Of a DNA stretch of 34,037 nt, positions 19,352 to 27,470 are shown one piece after another; position 1 is the first letter of the stretch; the number at the start of each line of letters is the position of its first letter. Both the position numbers and the translations under genes were made by a program. Source of the DNA: Aeromicrobium sp. Its GTDB lineage: Bacteria; Actinomycetota; Actinomycetes; Propionibacteriales; Nocardioidaceae. The DNA lies in assembly GCA_033813795.1 (NCBI GenBank), contig JAPXRA010000001.1, positions 1-34,037 on the forward strand, given 5' to 3'. Under the pieces are notes generated by a model that worked only from the letters and a program-made list of their open reading frames with translations, was not told the origin of the DNA and did no database searches.

Positions 19352-19425
19352 CCTTGTGGACGACGCCGAAACTGTCGTCCAGATAAGTCACACTCGTCGC
19401 AGACCAACGCTCGAAAGGCAGATTC

Positions 19426-19959
19426 ATGGCAGGCGAAACCAAGATCACCATTGTCGGCAACCTCACCGGCGACCCAGAACTCAAGTTCACCCCTTCGGGA
19501 GCAGCGGTCGCGAACTTCACGGTGGCGTCCACGCCGAGCACCTTTGACCGCCAAACCAACGAGTGGAAGGACGGCGATCCGCTGTTCATCCGCTGCGATG
19601 CTTGGCGCCAGATGGCCGAAAACGTCGCCGGTTCCCTCACCAAGGGAATGCGTGTGGTTGTCACCGGCAATCTTCGGGTTCGCAACTACGAGCGCCAAGA
19701 CGGCTCTCGTGGCACCAGCGTTGAAATGCAAGTCGACGAGGTCGGTCCTTCGTTGAAGTACGCAACCGCCCAAGTCACCCGGACCAGCGGTGGCGGCTCT
19801 GGCGGCGGCTTCAACCAAGGCGGCGGTTTCGGTGGCGGTCAGTCCGCGCCGAAGTCCGATGCCGGCGCATGGGGCAACCCCGCGCCGCAGGCACCGGCTC
19901 AGGGCAACAGCCCGTGGGGCCAAAGCGCCGGCGGTGCACCCGAAGAGCCCCCTTTCTGA
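19426..19959 (+). CDS. ssb: Single-stranded DNA-binding protein
   Basis: [37 protein letters not shown], Gly-rich linker, acidic tail EEPPF. Confidence 0.97.
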   Translation: MAGETKITIVGNLTGDPELKFTPSGAAVANFTVASTPSTFDRQTNEWKDGDPLFIRCDAWRQMAENVAGSLTKGMRVVVTGNLRVRNYERQDGSRGTSVEMQVDEVGPSLKYATAQVTRTSGGGSGGGFNQGGGFGGGQSAPKSDAGAWGNPAPQAPAQGNSPWGQSAGGAPEEPPF

Positions 19960-19991
19960 TCTAAATCTCAACCCAATTTTCCAGGAGCATC

Positions 19992-20228
19992 ATGGCTAAG
20001 CCAGTTATCCGGAAGCCGAAGAAGAAGAGCAACCCGCTCGCGGCTGCCGGCGTTACCACCATCGATTACAAAGACACCGCACTGCTGCGGAAGTTCATCT
20101 CCGATCGCGGCAAGATCCGCGCTCGTCGCGTTACCGGCGTTTCCGTCCAGGAACAGCGCCTGATCGCTAAGGCGATCAAGAACGCGCGTGAGATGGCTCT
20201 GCTGCCCTACACCTCCAGCGGCCGCTGA
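19992..20228 (+). CDS. rpsR: 30S ribosomal protein S18 (cysteine-free, C- form)
   Basis: [26 protein letters not shown]...[13 protein letters not shown]. Confidence 0.97.
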   Translation: MAKPVIRKPKKKSNPLAAAGVTTIDYKDTALLRKFISDRGKIRARRVTGVSVQEQRLIAKAIKNAREMALLPYTSSGR

Positions 20229-20245
20229 GTAAGGAGCAGAACAAA

Positions 20246-20692
20246 ATGAAGCTCATCCTCACCCACGAGGTTTCGAACCTCGGTCAGCCCGGCGACATCG
20301 TCGAGGTTAAGGACGGCTACGGCCGTAATTACTTGCTGCCGCGCAACTTCGCCATCCGTTGGACCAAGGGCGCAGCCAAGCAAGTCGAATCGATCAAGGC
20401 TGCCCGTGAATCGCGTGCGATCCACGATCTGGAAGCCGCTCAGTCGATCAAGGGCAACCTTGAGGCCAAGCCGGTCAACGTTTCGGCCCAGGCTGGCGAA
20501 GGCGGCCGCCTGTTCGGCGCGGTCACCGTTTCGGACATCGCCGAAGCGTTCGCCGGTGTCGGCGCTCAGGTCGATAAGCGTCGGATCGAGGTCGGTAACC
20601 CGATCAAGGCCCTCGGCGCCCACACGGTAACCGTGCGCGTTCACCCTGAGGTCCTAGCGACCGTCAAGTTGAACGTCGTCGCCTCGAAGTGA
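20246..20692 (+). CDS. rplI: 50S ribosomal protein L9
   Basis: [33 protein letters not shown]...GRLFGAVT...IKALG. Confidence 0.97.
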   Translation: MKLILTHEVSNLGQPGDIVEVKDGYGRNYLLPRNFAIRWTKGAAKQVESIKAARESRAIHDLEAAQSIKGNLEAKPVNVSAQAGEGGRLFGAVTVSDIAEAFAGVGAQVDKRRIEVGNPIKALGAHTVTVRVHPEVLATVKLNVVASK

Positions 20693-22371
20693 AGTCAACG
20701 TCGCCGGGTCCTGCTAAACGCAGGGCCCGGCGCTTTGCTATCTGGGTACTAGCGGCCGCGCTGCTGGCCGGCTGCTTTGGTGGTTCTTCGACCGAGGAGG
20801 CCAGTGAGGCAGCACCCAAGTACCTTGCACCTTCGGACATCAATCCGTCGAAGAACTTGGTTGAAGGCGGCTCACTTCGCATTGGTCTGGAAACGTTTCC
20901 GGCCAACTTCAATCCGGTCCACACCGACGGTGCGATCAGCACCGCAACTCAAATACTTGCGCCCACCTTTGGTGGTGCGCTGCGGATTCTTGATGACGGC
21001 ACCTGGAAAGTAGATCCGAACTACGCCAGGAGCGTTGAGGTCAAGTCCACTGATCCGTTGACGATTCGGGTCAAGCTGAACAAGTCGGCCAAATGGCAAG
21101 ACGGTTCGACAATTGATTCAAGCGACATGGTCGCCTTTGTGAAAGCCATGCAAAGCGAAGAATTCGCCGCCGCGGCTACCCCGGCATTTCAACAGATTTC
21201 GGCCGTAAAGAAGGACGGCGATTTCGGCTACAGCGTGGTTTTCACCAAGCCCACCGCAGACTGGCCGGCTGCCATTTACCCGGCATTGCCGTCGAAGGCC
21301 ACGAACGATCCGGCGGTTTTCAACGAGTCGTTCAAAACCAAGGCGCCGCCGGCAAACGGACCATTTCAGGTGGCCTCGATCGACCGCAAGACCAGCACAA
21401 TCAGCCTCGAGCCAAACCCCAACTGGTGGGGCAAAGAGCCGCTGCTCGACTCGATCGTGTGGCGAATTGCCGACGCCGGGGTATTGGCGAAGGCCTACCG
21501 CGCAAAAGAGCTGGACGCGATGTGGGTGACGGCGCAGAACCGAAACGAGTTCATCAATCGATCGGGCTTACGCAGTGCCAGCGGCTCGCAATGGTCGCAC
21601 TTGACTCTCAACGGAGCGAGCGGGCCGTTGCAAAACGCCAAGGTACGTCGAGCGATCGCCTTGGCGATCGATCGCGACGCCATCGTGCGCGCGACCACCA
21701 AACAGCATTTGGCTAAGTCTCAGCGGCTAGATTCGGTTGTCTTGGTGCCTGGACAGGCAGGCTATTTGCCCTCGCCGGCGATGAAACAAGATCAGGCCGA
21801 AGCTCGAAAACTGCTCGCCGCTGCCGGTTGGGAGCTACCCACCGAAGGGGCAACGGCCGAACGCAAGGGCGATCGGCTCGTGCTCCAGATGGTGGTGCCC
21901 TCCGCGCCGAAAAGTGCCAAAGAACGAGCCTCACTCATTGCCGCTGACCTACGCGAAGTCGGGATCAAGGTCAAAGTCAAAGCCGTCGACGAGGAGAAGT
22001 TCTTCGACGAAGTTATCTACCCGCTCGATTTTGACTTGACCACCTTCACCTGGGAAACCGAGTCGTATTCGATCGCTGCGGCAAAGAAACTGTTCAGCCC
22101 AATTGACAGCCCAACCAATTTCACCGGCCGGACTTCGCCGACCTTGACCAAGGCGTTCAATTCCGCCTTGGAAACGATCGACGACAAAGACCGCGCCGAG
22201 AAGATCAGCCAAGTTGATGAAGCTGCCAGGCATCAGGCACTGATCCTCCCGCTGGCGGTGTGGCCGAAGGTACAAGCGGTCCGCACCCGGCTCGCCAACT
22301 ACGGCCCGACGACGTTCGCCGACTTGGACTGGACGATCGTCGCCTTCATGGGTAAGCGGGAGTTCGACTGA
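20689..22371 (+). CDS. ABC transporter family-5 (OppA/DppA-like) solute-binding lipoprotein
   Basis: Lipobox LLAGC; [50 protein letters not shown] overlap with the rplI stop. Confidence 0.85.
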   Translation: MKSTSPGPAKRRARRFAIWVLAAALLAGCFGGSSTEEASEAAPKYLAPSDINPSKNLVEGGSLRIGLETFPANFNPVHTDGAISTATQILAPTFGGALRILDDGTWKVDPNYARSVEVKSTDPLTIRVKLNKSAKWQDGSTIDSSDMVAFVKAMQSEEFAAAATPAFQQISAVKKDGDFGYSVVFTKPTADWPAAIYPALPSKATNDPAVFNESFKTKAPPANGPFQVASIDRKTSTISLEPNPNWWGKEPLLDSIVWRIADAGVLAKAYRAKELDAMWVTAQNRNEFINRSGLRSASGSQWSHLTLNGASGPLQNAKVRRAIALAIDRDAIVRATTKQHLAKSQRLDSVVLVPGQAGYLPSPAMKQDQAEARKLLAAAGWELPTEGATAERKGDRLVLQMVVPSAPKSAKERASLIAADLREVGIKVKVKAVDEEKFFDEVIYPLDFDLTTFTWETESYSIAAAKKLFSPIDSPTNFTGRTSPTLTKAFNSALETIDDKDRAEKISQVDEAARHQALILPLAVWPKVQAVRTRLANYGPTTFADLDWTIVAFMGKREFD

Positions 22372-23168
22372 TGGCGCGCACCCGGCGCGAGGCTGTCAAT
22401 TGGCCGACGATTCTGCGCGAGTTGACCGTGATCGACGTGGTCGACGTTTCGGCCACCACACGGCGGATCACGCTAAGTGGTGACCAGTTGGCGAAGTTCG
22501 AGGTCGCCGGCGGGACGGCCGCCGCATTCGCCAGTGAGGGTTTCGACGATCACGTCAAACTGCTGGTTCCTTTGGCCGGAACAGACCGGCCACCACTGCC
22601 GGTCCAAGGCCCAGACCGTCTCGAGTGGGGCGGTGCCGGGGGCAGGCCAGTTGCCAAGGACTACACCCCGCGGCGCTTTCGGCCCGCGAACGGTTCGGTG
22701 CCCGGGGAACTAGAACTTGACTTCGTGCTTCACCCGGGCGGCTTCGCTGCGGAGTGGGCGCGGCGAGTTACACCAGGGGAACTGGCTTGGGTGGTCGGCC
22801 CAACCCGCTCGTTGCTTTTGCCCACCGGTGTGGAGCACCTGGTCTTTGCGGCCGACGAGACGGCGCTGCCGGCGGTGGGTCGCCTACTTGAATCTTGGTC
22901 GACGGACGTCAGCGCTGACGTGGTGGTGAACGTGCCGGGCGAGGACTCCGAACAGGACTTGGTCGCACCTGAATCGGTGAACCTGATTTGGGCGCACGGC
23001 ACCACGGCTTGGCTTGATGAAGTTCGCCGGCTCACGCCGGTGATCGGGTCAACTTTCTGCTGGTTCGCCGGTGAGTCGGCGGCGGTGCGCGAGCTACGTC
23101 GTTTCGCGACAACTGACTGGTCAGTCCCGCGAGATTGCCTCGACGCCACGGGCTACTGGCGGACTTGA
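22371..23168 (+). CDS. Second siderophore-interacting protein (ViuB-like)
   Basis: RRITLSG, FDDHVKLL, KDYTPRRF, LDFVLH..GFAAEWA, ADETALPAV, FAGES, GYWR. TGATG coupling to the upstream gene. Confidence 0.88.
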   Translation: MARTRREAVNWPTILRELTVIDVVDVSATTRRITLSGDQLAKFEVAGGTAAAFASEGFDDHVKLLVPLAGTDRPPLPVQGPDRLEWGGAGGRPVAKDYTPRRFRPANGSVPGELELDFVLHPGGFAAEWARRVTPGELAWVVGPTRSLLLPTGVEHLVFAADETALPAVGRLLESWSTDVSADVVVNVPGEDSEQDLVAPESVNLIWAHGTTAWLDEVRRLTPVIGSTFCWFAGESAAVRELRRFATTDWSVPRDCLDATGYWRT

Positions 23169-23204
23169 CAAGTTAGTTGTTTTGCGGCTCAGCGCCGACA
23201 AAGC

Positions 23205-23399
23205 CGTGGACAACTCTTGGTGAACAAATAGGTTCGATATTTTTTCGATCCACACCTTGTGACTGGCGTTTACGCAGGTCAGAGGCCATTGTGACGCCGA
23301 TCACAATCGAGAATCCACAGCTTCGTCCACCGACTGTGCACAATCTCGCTCGGCGTTTTCCACAGATCTTCCGGACTTGTTCACACCCCTTGTGGACGT
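23205..23399. promoter_or_regulatory. Cluster of DnaA-box-like 9-mers upstream of dnaB
   Basis: Matches to TT(A/G/T)TCCACA with 0-2 mismatches at 23205(-), 23219(-), 23246, 23311, 23323, 23335(-), 23356 (TTTTCCACA), 23377 (TTGTTCACA), 23391(-). Confidence 0.7.
23288..23307. promoter_or_regulatory. CRP/GlxR-type binding site
   Basis: ATTGTGA-CGCCGA-TCACAAT: a perfect TGTGA-N6-TCACA with an extended dyad. Confidence 0.7.
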
Positions 23400-23473
23400 T
23401 CGTCTCGCTCGAATTGAGCGCTGGCCGTAACCTCTAGGAGGTGGTTGTTTCGGGACTTCACCGCGACCGAATC

Positions 23474-23495
23474 TGTCGGGGCATCCTCCTAGAGT
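23474..23495 (+). promoter_or_regulatory. PafBC-dependent (RecA-NDp) DNA-damage promoter of dnaB
   Basis: TGTCGG (23474-23479) + 10 nt + TAGAGT (23490-23495) is an exact TGTCGG-N10-TA-N3-T motif. Confidence 0.75.
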
Positions 23496-23527
23496 TCAAG
23501 TACTTGTAGCTGCGCCTGAGGAGAGCC

Positions 23528-24937
23528 GTGAGCGTCACCGATTTGTACGATTCGGAACCCAACCGAAGCGGTGCAGCGGCCTATTCTCCGCCCCAGGACA
23601 TGGCCGCCGAACAGAGCGTTCTTGGCGCGATGCTTTTGTCGAAGAATGCGATCGACCCGGCAGCGGACCTGCTGGAGAGCCGAGACTTCTACCGGCCGGC
23701 ACACGAACTGATCTTCGACGTGATCTGCGATCTGGCCAGTCGAGGTGAGCCAGCAGACGCAATCACCGTCGCCGCGGAGTTGACTCGCCGCGGTGAAATC
23801 GGCCGGATCGGCGGTGCGGTCTACCTGCACGACTTGGTGCAAGGCGTCCCGATTGCAGCCAACGCCGACTACTACGCCCAGATTGTGCACGAGAAGGCCG
23901 TGTTGCGTCGCCTCGTCGAGGTCGGTCAGCAGGTTGCGCAGCTGGGGCAGTCGGGCACTGGTGAACTCGAAGACATCGTCGATCGGGCACAAAAAGCCGT
24001 GCTCGACGTCGACGGCACGAAGTCCTCGGAAGACTACTCGGTGCTTTCAGATTTGATCCCGGCGACGATCGACGAACTAGATGAACTGCAGAACCGCTCG
24101 GGTGAAGTCAAGGGCGTCATGTCCGGGTTCAGCGAACTCGATCGCCTCACTACCGGCTTTCGCGCCGGTCAGATGATCGTCGTGGCGGCCCGGCCCGGCG
24201 TCGGCAAGTCGACCATCGGTCTGGACTTCGTGCGCCACGCTTCCATTCGCCAGGGGCTGACCTCGGCGATCTTCAGCCTGGAAATGACCAGCTCGGAAAT
24301 CGCGATGCGCATGCTTTCGGCCGAAGCCAAAGTCAGCATTCAAAACATGCGCGCGGGTTCGATGACGCAGCGCGACTGGGATTCGATCGGCCGGGTCATG
24401 TCGACGGTGCAAGCCGCGCCAATCGTGATTGACGACAGCCCAAACATGACCTTGCCGGAGATTCGTTCCAAGGCCCGGCGGATCAAGAAGCAGCAGGGAC
24501 TCGATTTCATCGTGCTCGATTACCTGCAGTTGATGACTTCAGGCAAACGAGTCGAGAATCGCCAAGTCGAAGTTTCAGAGTTCAGCCGCCAAATTAAATT
24601 GTTGGCCAAGGAACTCGAGATTCCAGTGGTCGCGATCAGCCAGTTGAATCGTGGCTCTGAGGCTCGCCAAGACAAGACCCCCCAGCTATCTGACCTGCGC
24701 GAGTCCGGCTCAATCGAACAGGATGCCGACATCGTCATGTTGCTGAACCGGCCTGATCAGAACGGATCAGGCGAATCAGACCGTCCCGGCGAAGCTGACA
24801 TCATCATTGCCAAGAACCGGTCCGGACCGGTCAACAAGGTGCCGGTCTCCTTCCAAGGTCACTACTCACGCTTCACCCCGATGGCCCGGACGCCCGAACC
24901 CGACAACGGCGGTGCTTCGGCCGCCGACTTCAGTTGA
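23528..24937 (+). CDS. dnaB: Replicative DNA helicase DnaB (no intein)
   Basis: PPQDMAAEQSVLGAMLL, Walker A AARPGVGKST, FSLEM, DYLQLM, SQLNR, LSDLRESGSIEQDAD, AKNRSGP; RBS GAGGAG. Confidence 0.97.
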   Translation: MSVTDLYDSEPNRSGAAAYSPPQDMAAEQSVLGAMLLSKNAIDPAADLLESRDFYRPAHELIFDVICDLASRGEPADAITVAAELTRRGEIGRIGGAVYLHDLVQGVPIAANADYYAQIVHEKAVLRRLVEVGQQVAQLGQSGTGELEDIVDRAQKAVLDVDGTKSSEDYSVLSDLIPATIDELDELQNRSGEVKGVMSGFSELDRLTTGFRAGQMIVVAARPGVGKSTIGLDFVRHASIRQGLTSAIFSLEMTSSEIAMRMLSAEAKVSIQNMRAGSMTQRDWDSIGRVMSTVQAAPIVIDDSPNMTLPEIRSKARRIKKQQGLDFIVLDYLQLMTSGKRVENRQVEVSEFSRQIKLLAKELEIPVVAISQLNRGSEARQDKTPQLSDLRESGSIEQDADIVMLLNRPDQNGSGESDRPGEADIIIAKNRSGPVNKVPVSFQGHYSRFTPMARTPEPDNGGASAADFS

Positions 24938-25994
24938 GCCGAACCGGAACCGACCAGTAACCGGCAAACGGTTCGACTTCGGTTTGGACCTGCCGGTTCG
25001 AGAACTCGATTTTTCCGGCGGCGAGCAGCGCTCGCACCACCAAGCGCAGTTCGGTCGTGGCCAACCCGCGGCCCGGGCAAACATGAACGCCGGTGCCGTA
25101 AACCAAGTTTTGGCTTCGGTTCGCGGCTGGGTTGAACTCCTCCGGGCCAGCAAACACGCCCGGATCGAGGTTGGCGTTTCGCCAGTTGAGCACGACCTGC
25201 TCGCCTGCGGCCACCGGACACCCAGCAACTTCGGTCGCTTCTTTGGCAGTCCGCCGGTTTGAGACGAACGGGTCGTTCAGGCGCAAGATCTCGTCGATCG
25301 CGGCTTCTAACTCAGGATCGCTTGCGGCTGCGAACGCCTCTTGGTGATCAACGTGTTCGGCCAGCCAAGCTACGACGACTCCGATGCACCGCGCCACCGA
25401 GGACAAGTCACCGCCGGTCCAGTTGCGCAAGATCGACGTTATGTCTGCGTCACTGAGCAGTTCGCCATCGGTGGTTCGCAGCGTCATTAGTTCGGCGGTG
25501 ACGTCGGTGAAATCTCCGGCACGCCTTACTGAGAGCAGATCAGCAATGATCGCGTCGAACTCCGCGGCCACTACGGCGGTCTGGTTCAAGTCAGCGCTGA
25601 TGATCGCCGCGCGATGCTGGCTGACCCAAGACGTCAACATTTCGGCTAACTGTTCGGGCCAACCCAACCAGGCTGAGGTGCCGTGGACCGCGAAGCGCAC
25701 TCCTAGGTCGGTCACTGCGTCGAACTCGTTCGCAGCCAAGTCGCGAACGATCTCGCTGGCGATTTGGCTAAGCCCCGGCTCCAGGGCCGCGATCCGCGTG
25801 GGCGTGAAGAATTGGTCGATCAACCCGCGAAATTCTAGGTGTTCGTCCCCGTCGAGGCCGTTCGGAACTTGTCGAAATCGTGAAACCGAGTTGGAGAAGA
25901 GTTCTCGGTTGTGTGCGATCGCCACCACGTCAGCGTGCCGGTTGAAAACTAGTCGCTGTGCTGCGTCGCGCGAAGTTTGGCCAAATCCACTCAC
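24930..25994 (-). CDS. Cytochrome P450, short and atypical
   Basis: Heme ligand motif YGTGVHVCPG, K-helix EILR, PEEFNP, H..FR helix. The I-helix reads RNWTGGDLSS instead of AGxET. Confidence 0.88.
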   Translation of the reverse strand: MSGFGQTSRDAAQRLVFNRHADVVAIAHNRELFSNSVSRFRQVPNGLDGDEHLEFRGLIDQFFTPTRIAALEPGLSQIASEIVRDLAANEFDAVTDLGVRFAVHGTSAWLGWPEQLAEMLTSWVSQHRAAIISADLNQTAVVAAEFDAIIADLLSVRRAGDFTDVTAELMTLRTTDGELLSDADITSILRNWTGGDLSSVARCIGVVVAWLAEHVDHQEAFAAASDPELEAAIDEILRLNDPFVSNRRTAKEATEVAGCPVAAGEQVVLNWRNANLDPGVFAGPEEFNPAANRSQNLVYGTGVHVCPGRGLATTELRLVVRALLAAGKIEFSNRQVQTEVEPFAGYWSVPVRLN

Positions 25995-26008
25995 CCCCTG
26001 ACTCTGCC

Positions 26009-26027
26009 TTAAGTGAGGGTCACCTTG
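26009..26027 (-). promoter_or_regulatory. DtxR/IdeR-type iron box upstream of the P450
   Basis: Minus-strand CAAGGTGACCCTCACTTAA versus TTAGGTTAGCCTAACCTAA (13/19 match, dyad retained), 14 nt before the GTG start. Confidence 0.6.
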
Positions 26028-26036
26028 CTAGCAAAC

Positions 26037-26813
26037 TTACGGCTCGTCCGTGATCGCCGTGACAAGTTGACTAACCGCTGTCGGCGGACCAGCGACCGAC
26101 CAAATTAGGCCGTGGGCCTGAAATTGAAGGGCAGAACCGCCAACGGCGGTGATCAGCGCCGCGCCGGGCAGCCAATCCCAAGGTGGTGTGCTGTGTTGTA
26201 GCCAACAGCCGAGCCGCCCGGTGGCGACCTCGACGAAATCAAGTGAACCGGAGCCAAGCATGCGGATTGTGGTTGGCAGTGAGGCCGCCCGCGACCACGC
26301 TTCGAACCCGGCGCCGCCAGAAATGAAAGTCGGGTGCGCATAGGTGGCCAAACTCAACTCGTCGATCGGTCGATCGAGCAACGGCGGCAATGGCACCGAG
26401 TCGACAGCCAAGCCGATCTTGGGTCCGCCGACGTGAACCGTGCCCGAAGAGTGGTGGGCGACGGCGCCGATCCGCGGCTGATCGTCTTGGGTCAACGCAA
26501 TCGCCGAACACCAGTAGTTCGAACCGTTAGCGAAGTTATAGGTGCCATCCACCGGGTCGATCACCCAACAACGACCGGAGGAGCCAACTCTCGCTGCCCC
26601 CTCCTCACCAATGATGCTGTCGTTTGGTCGTTCGACGGCCAACCGCTGGACCACATAGGCCTCGGCCGCAAGATCGGCCGAGGTCACCAGATCAGCCAAG
26701 TTCGCCTTGGAGCGAGCGGCCAAATCGCTGGTGTCTCGCACCTTCGCGGCAAGTTTGGCCGCTTCGCGAGCCATATCCGCAGCGAGTTCGACGTCAGCGT
26801 TTGCGACCATCAT
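26037..26813 (-). CDS. Inositol monophosphatase family protein
   Basis: DLVTSAD, IIGEEG, WVIDPVDGTYNF, RMLGSGSLD, PWDWLPG. Confidence 0.9.
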   Translation of the reverse strand: MMVANADVELAADMAREAAKLAAKVRDTSDLAARSKANLADLVTSADLAAEAYVVQRLAVERPNDSIIGEEGAARVGSSGRCWVIDPVDGTYNFANGSNYWCSAIALTQDDQPRIGAVAHHSSGTVHVGGPKIGLAVDSVPLPPLLDRPIDELSLATYAHPTFISGGAGFEAWSRAASLPTTIRMLGSGSLDFVEVATGRLGCWLQHSTPPWDWLPGAALITAVGGSALQFQAHGLIWSVAGPPTAVSQLVTAITDEP

Positions 26814-26832
26814 CTAGCAACCGTAACGACCG

Positions 26833-27453
26833 TTAGTGCTGGTTCTGCCAAGCCGCTTGATCCCACCTAGCCCGTGACTGGGTGGAGGCGCCGATCAGTG
26901 CCAGCGCGAGGTAAAGCGCGTACCAGTACCAGTCGTGCGGGATGTTCTCGGTGACGGCGTACTCATCGAAGGCGCTGCTGTCGACCGCGCCGGTCAGCAG
27001 CATTACGCCGGTAACGGTTGCCGAGGCGCCACCAAGAGCAGACAACACGATGAGCAGCAGGCTCGGCAGGTCGGCCGCGATTGCGGCAATACCCAAAATT
27101 GCGCCGACGCCAATTCCGGCCAGCGCAATCAACCAGTTCCACGAAACCGACATCGCACCCATCAATGCCGCACCGGCGGCGAAGCCCAGCGACATGGTGG
27201 CCAGCAGCACCGCGACCCAGTAGTAGAGGTAGGCGACGGTCGCGAAGATCAGCGCCAGCACGAAACCGACGATCCAGCCGCTGGCATGAGCCAAGAAACC
27301 TTGATCCCAGACAGCGGCCACCAGTCCGGCACCGAGGTTGAAGCCCACGAATGCACCCCAGATCGAAATCACGAACCGAAGTGCCATGGCGCCAAAGAAG
27401 CAAAACAGCAAACCGACGATGACAGCGGCGGTACCAAGTGCGATGTCGTTCAT
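26833..27453 (-). CDS. DUF4203 (TM7S3/TM198-like) membrane protein
   Basis: From ATG 27453: GLLFCFFG..LRFVISIWGAFVGF..G, about seven Gly/Ala-rich TM helices, SALGGA. Confidence 0.75.
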   Translation of the reverse strand: MNDIALGTAAVIVGLLFCFFGAMALRFVISIWGAFVGFNLGAGLVAAVWDQGFLAHASGWIVGFVLALIFATVAYLYYWVAVLLATMSLGFAAGAALMGAMSVSWNWLIALAGIGVGAILGIAAIAADLPSLLLIVLSALGGASATVTGVMLLTGAVDSSAFDEYAVTENIPHDWYWYALYLALALIGASTQSRARWDQAAWQNQH

Positions 27454-27470
27454 TTGACTCAACCTAGCGG

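Noticed and set aside
19790-19840. GGC/GGT repeats in ssb
   Set aside because: This is the ordinary Gly-rich SSB linker.
23445-23492. 15-codon uORF (TTG...TAG) after AGGAGG upstream of dnaB
   Set aside because: SD-to-start spacing is only 3 nt and the start is a weak TTG; the inverted repeat explains the sequence better.
23169-23527. Calling this region oriC or the 86 aa ORF at 23177-23437 a gene
   Set aside because: No dnaA/dnaN is adjacent. The ORF has no RBS or motif and simply reads through the DnaA-box cluster.
23528-24937. Intein in dnaB
   Set aside because: 469 aa with contiguous helicase motifs and no insertion.
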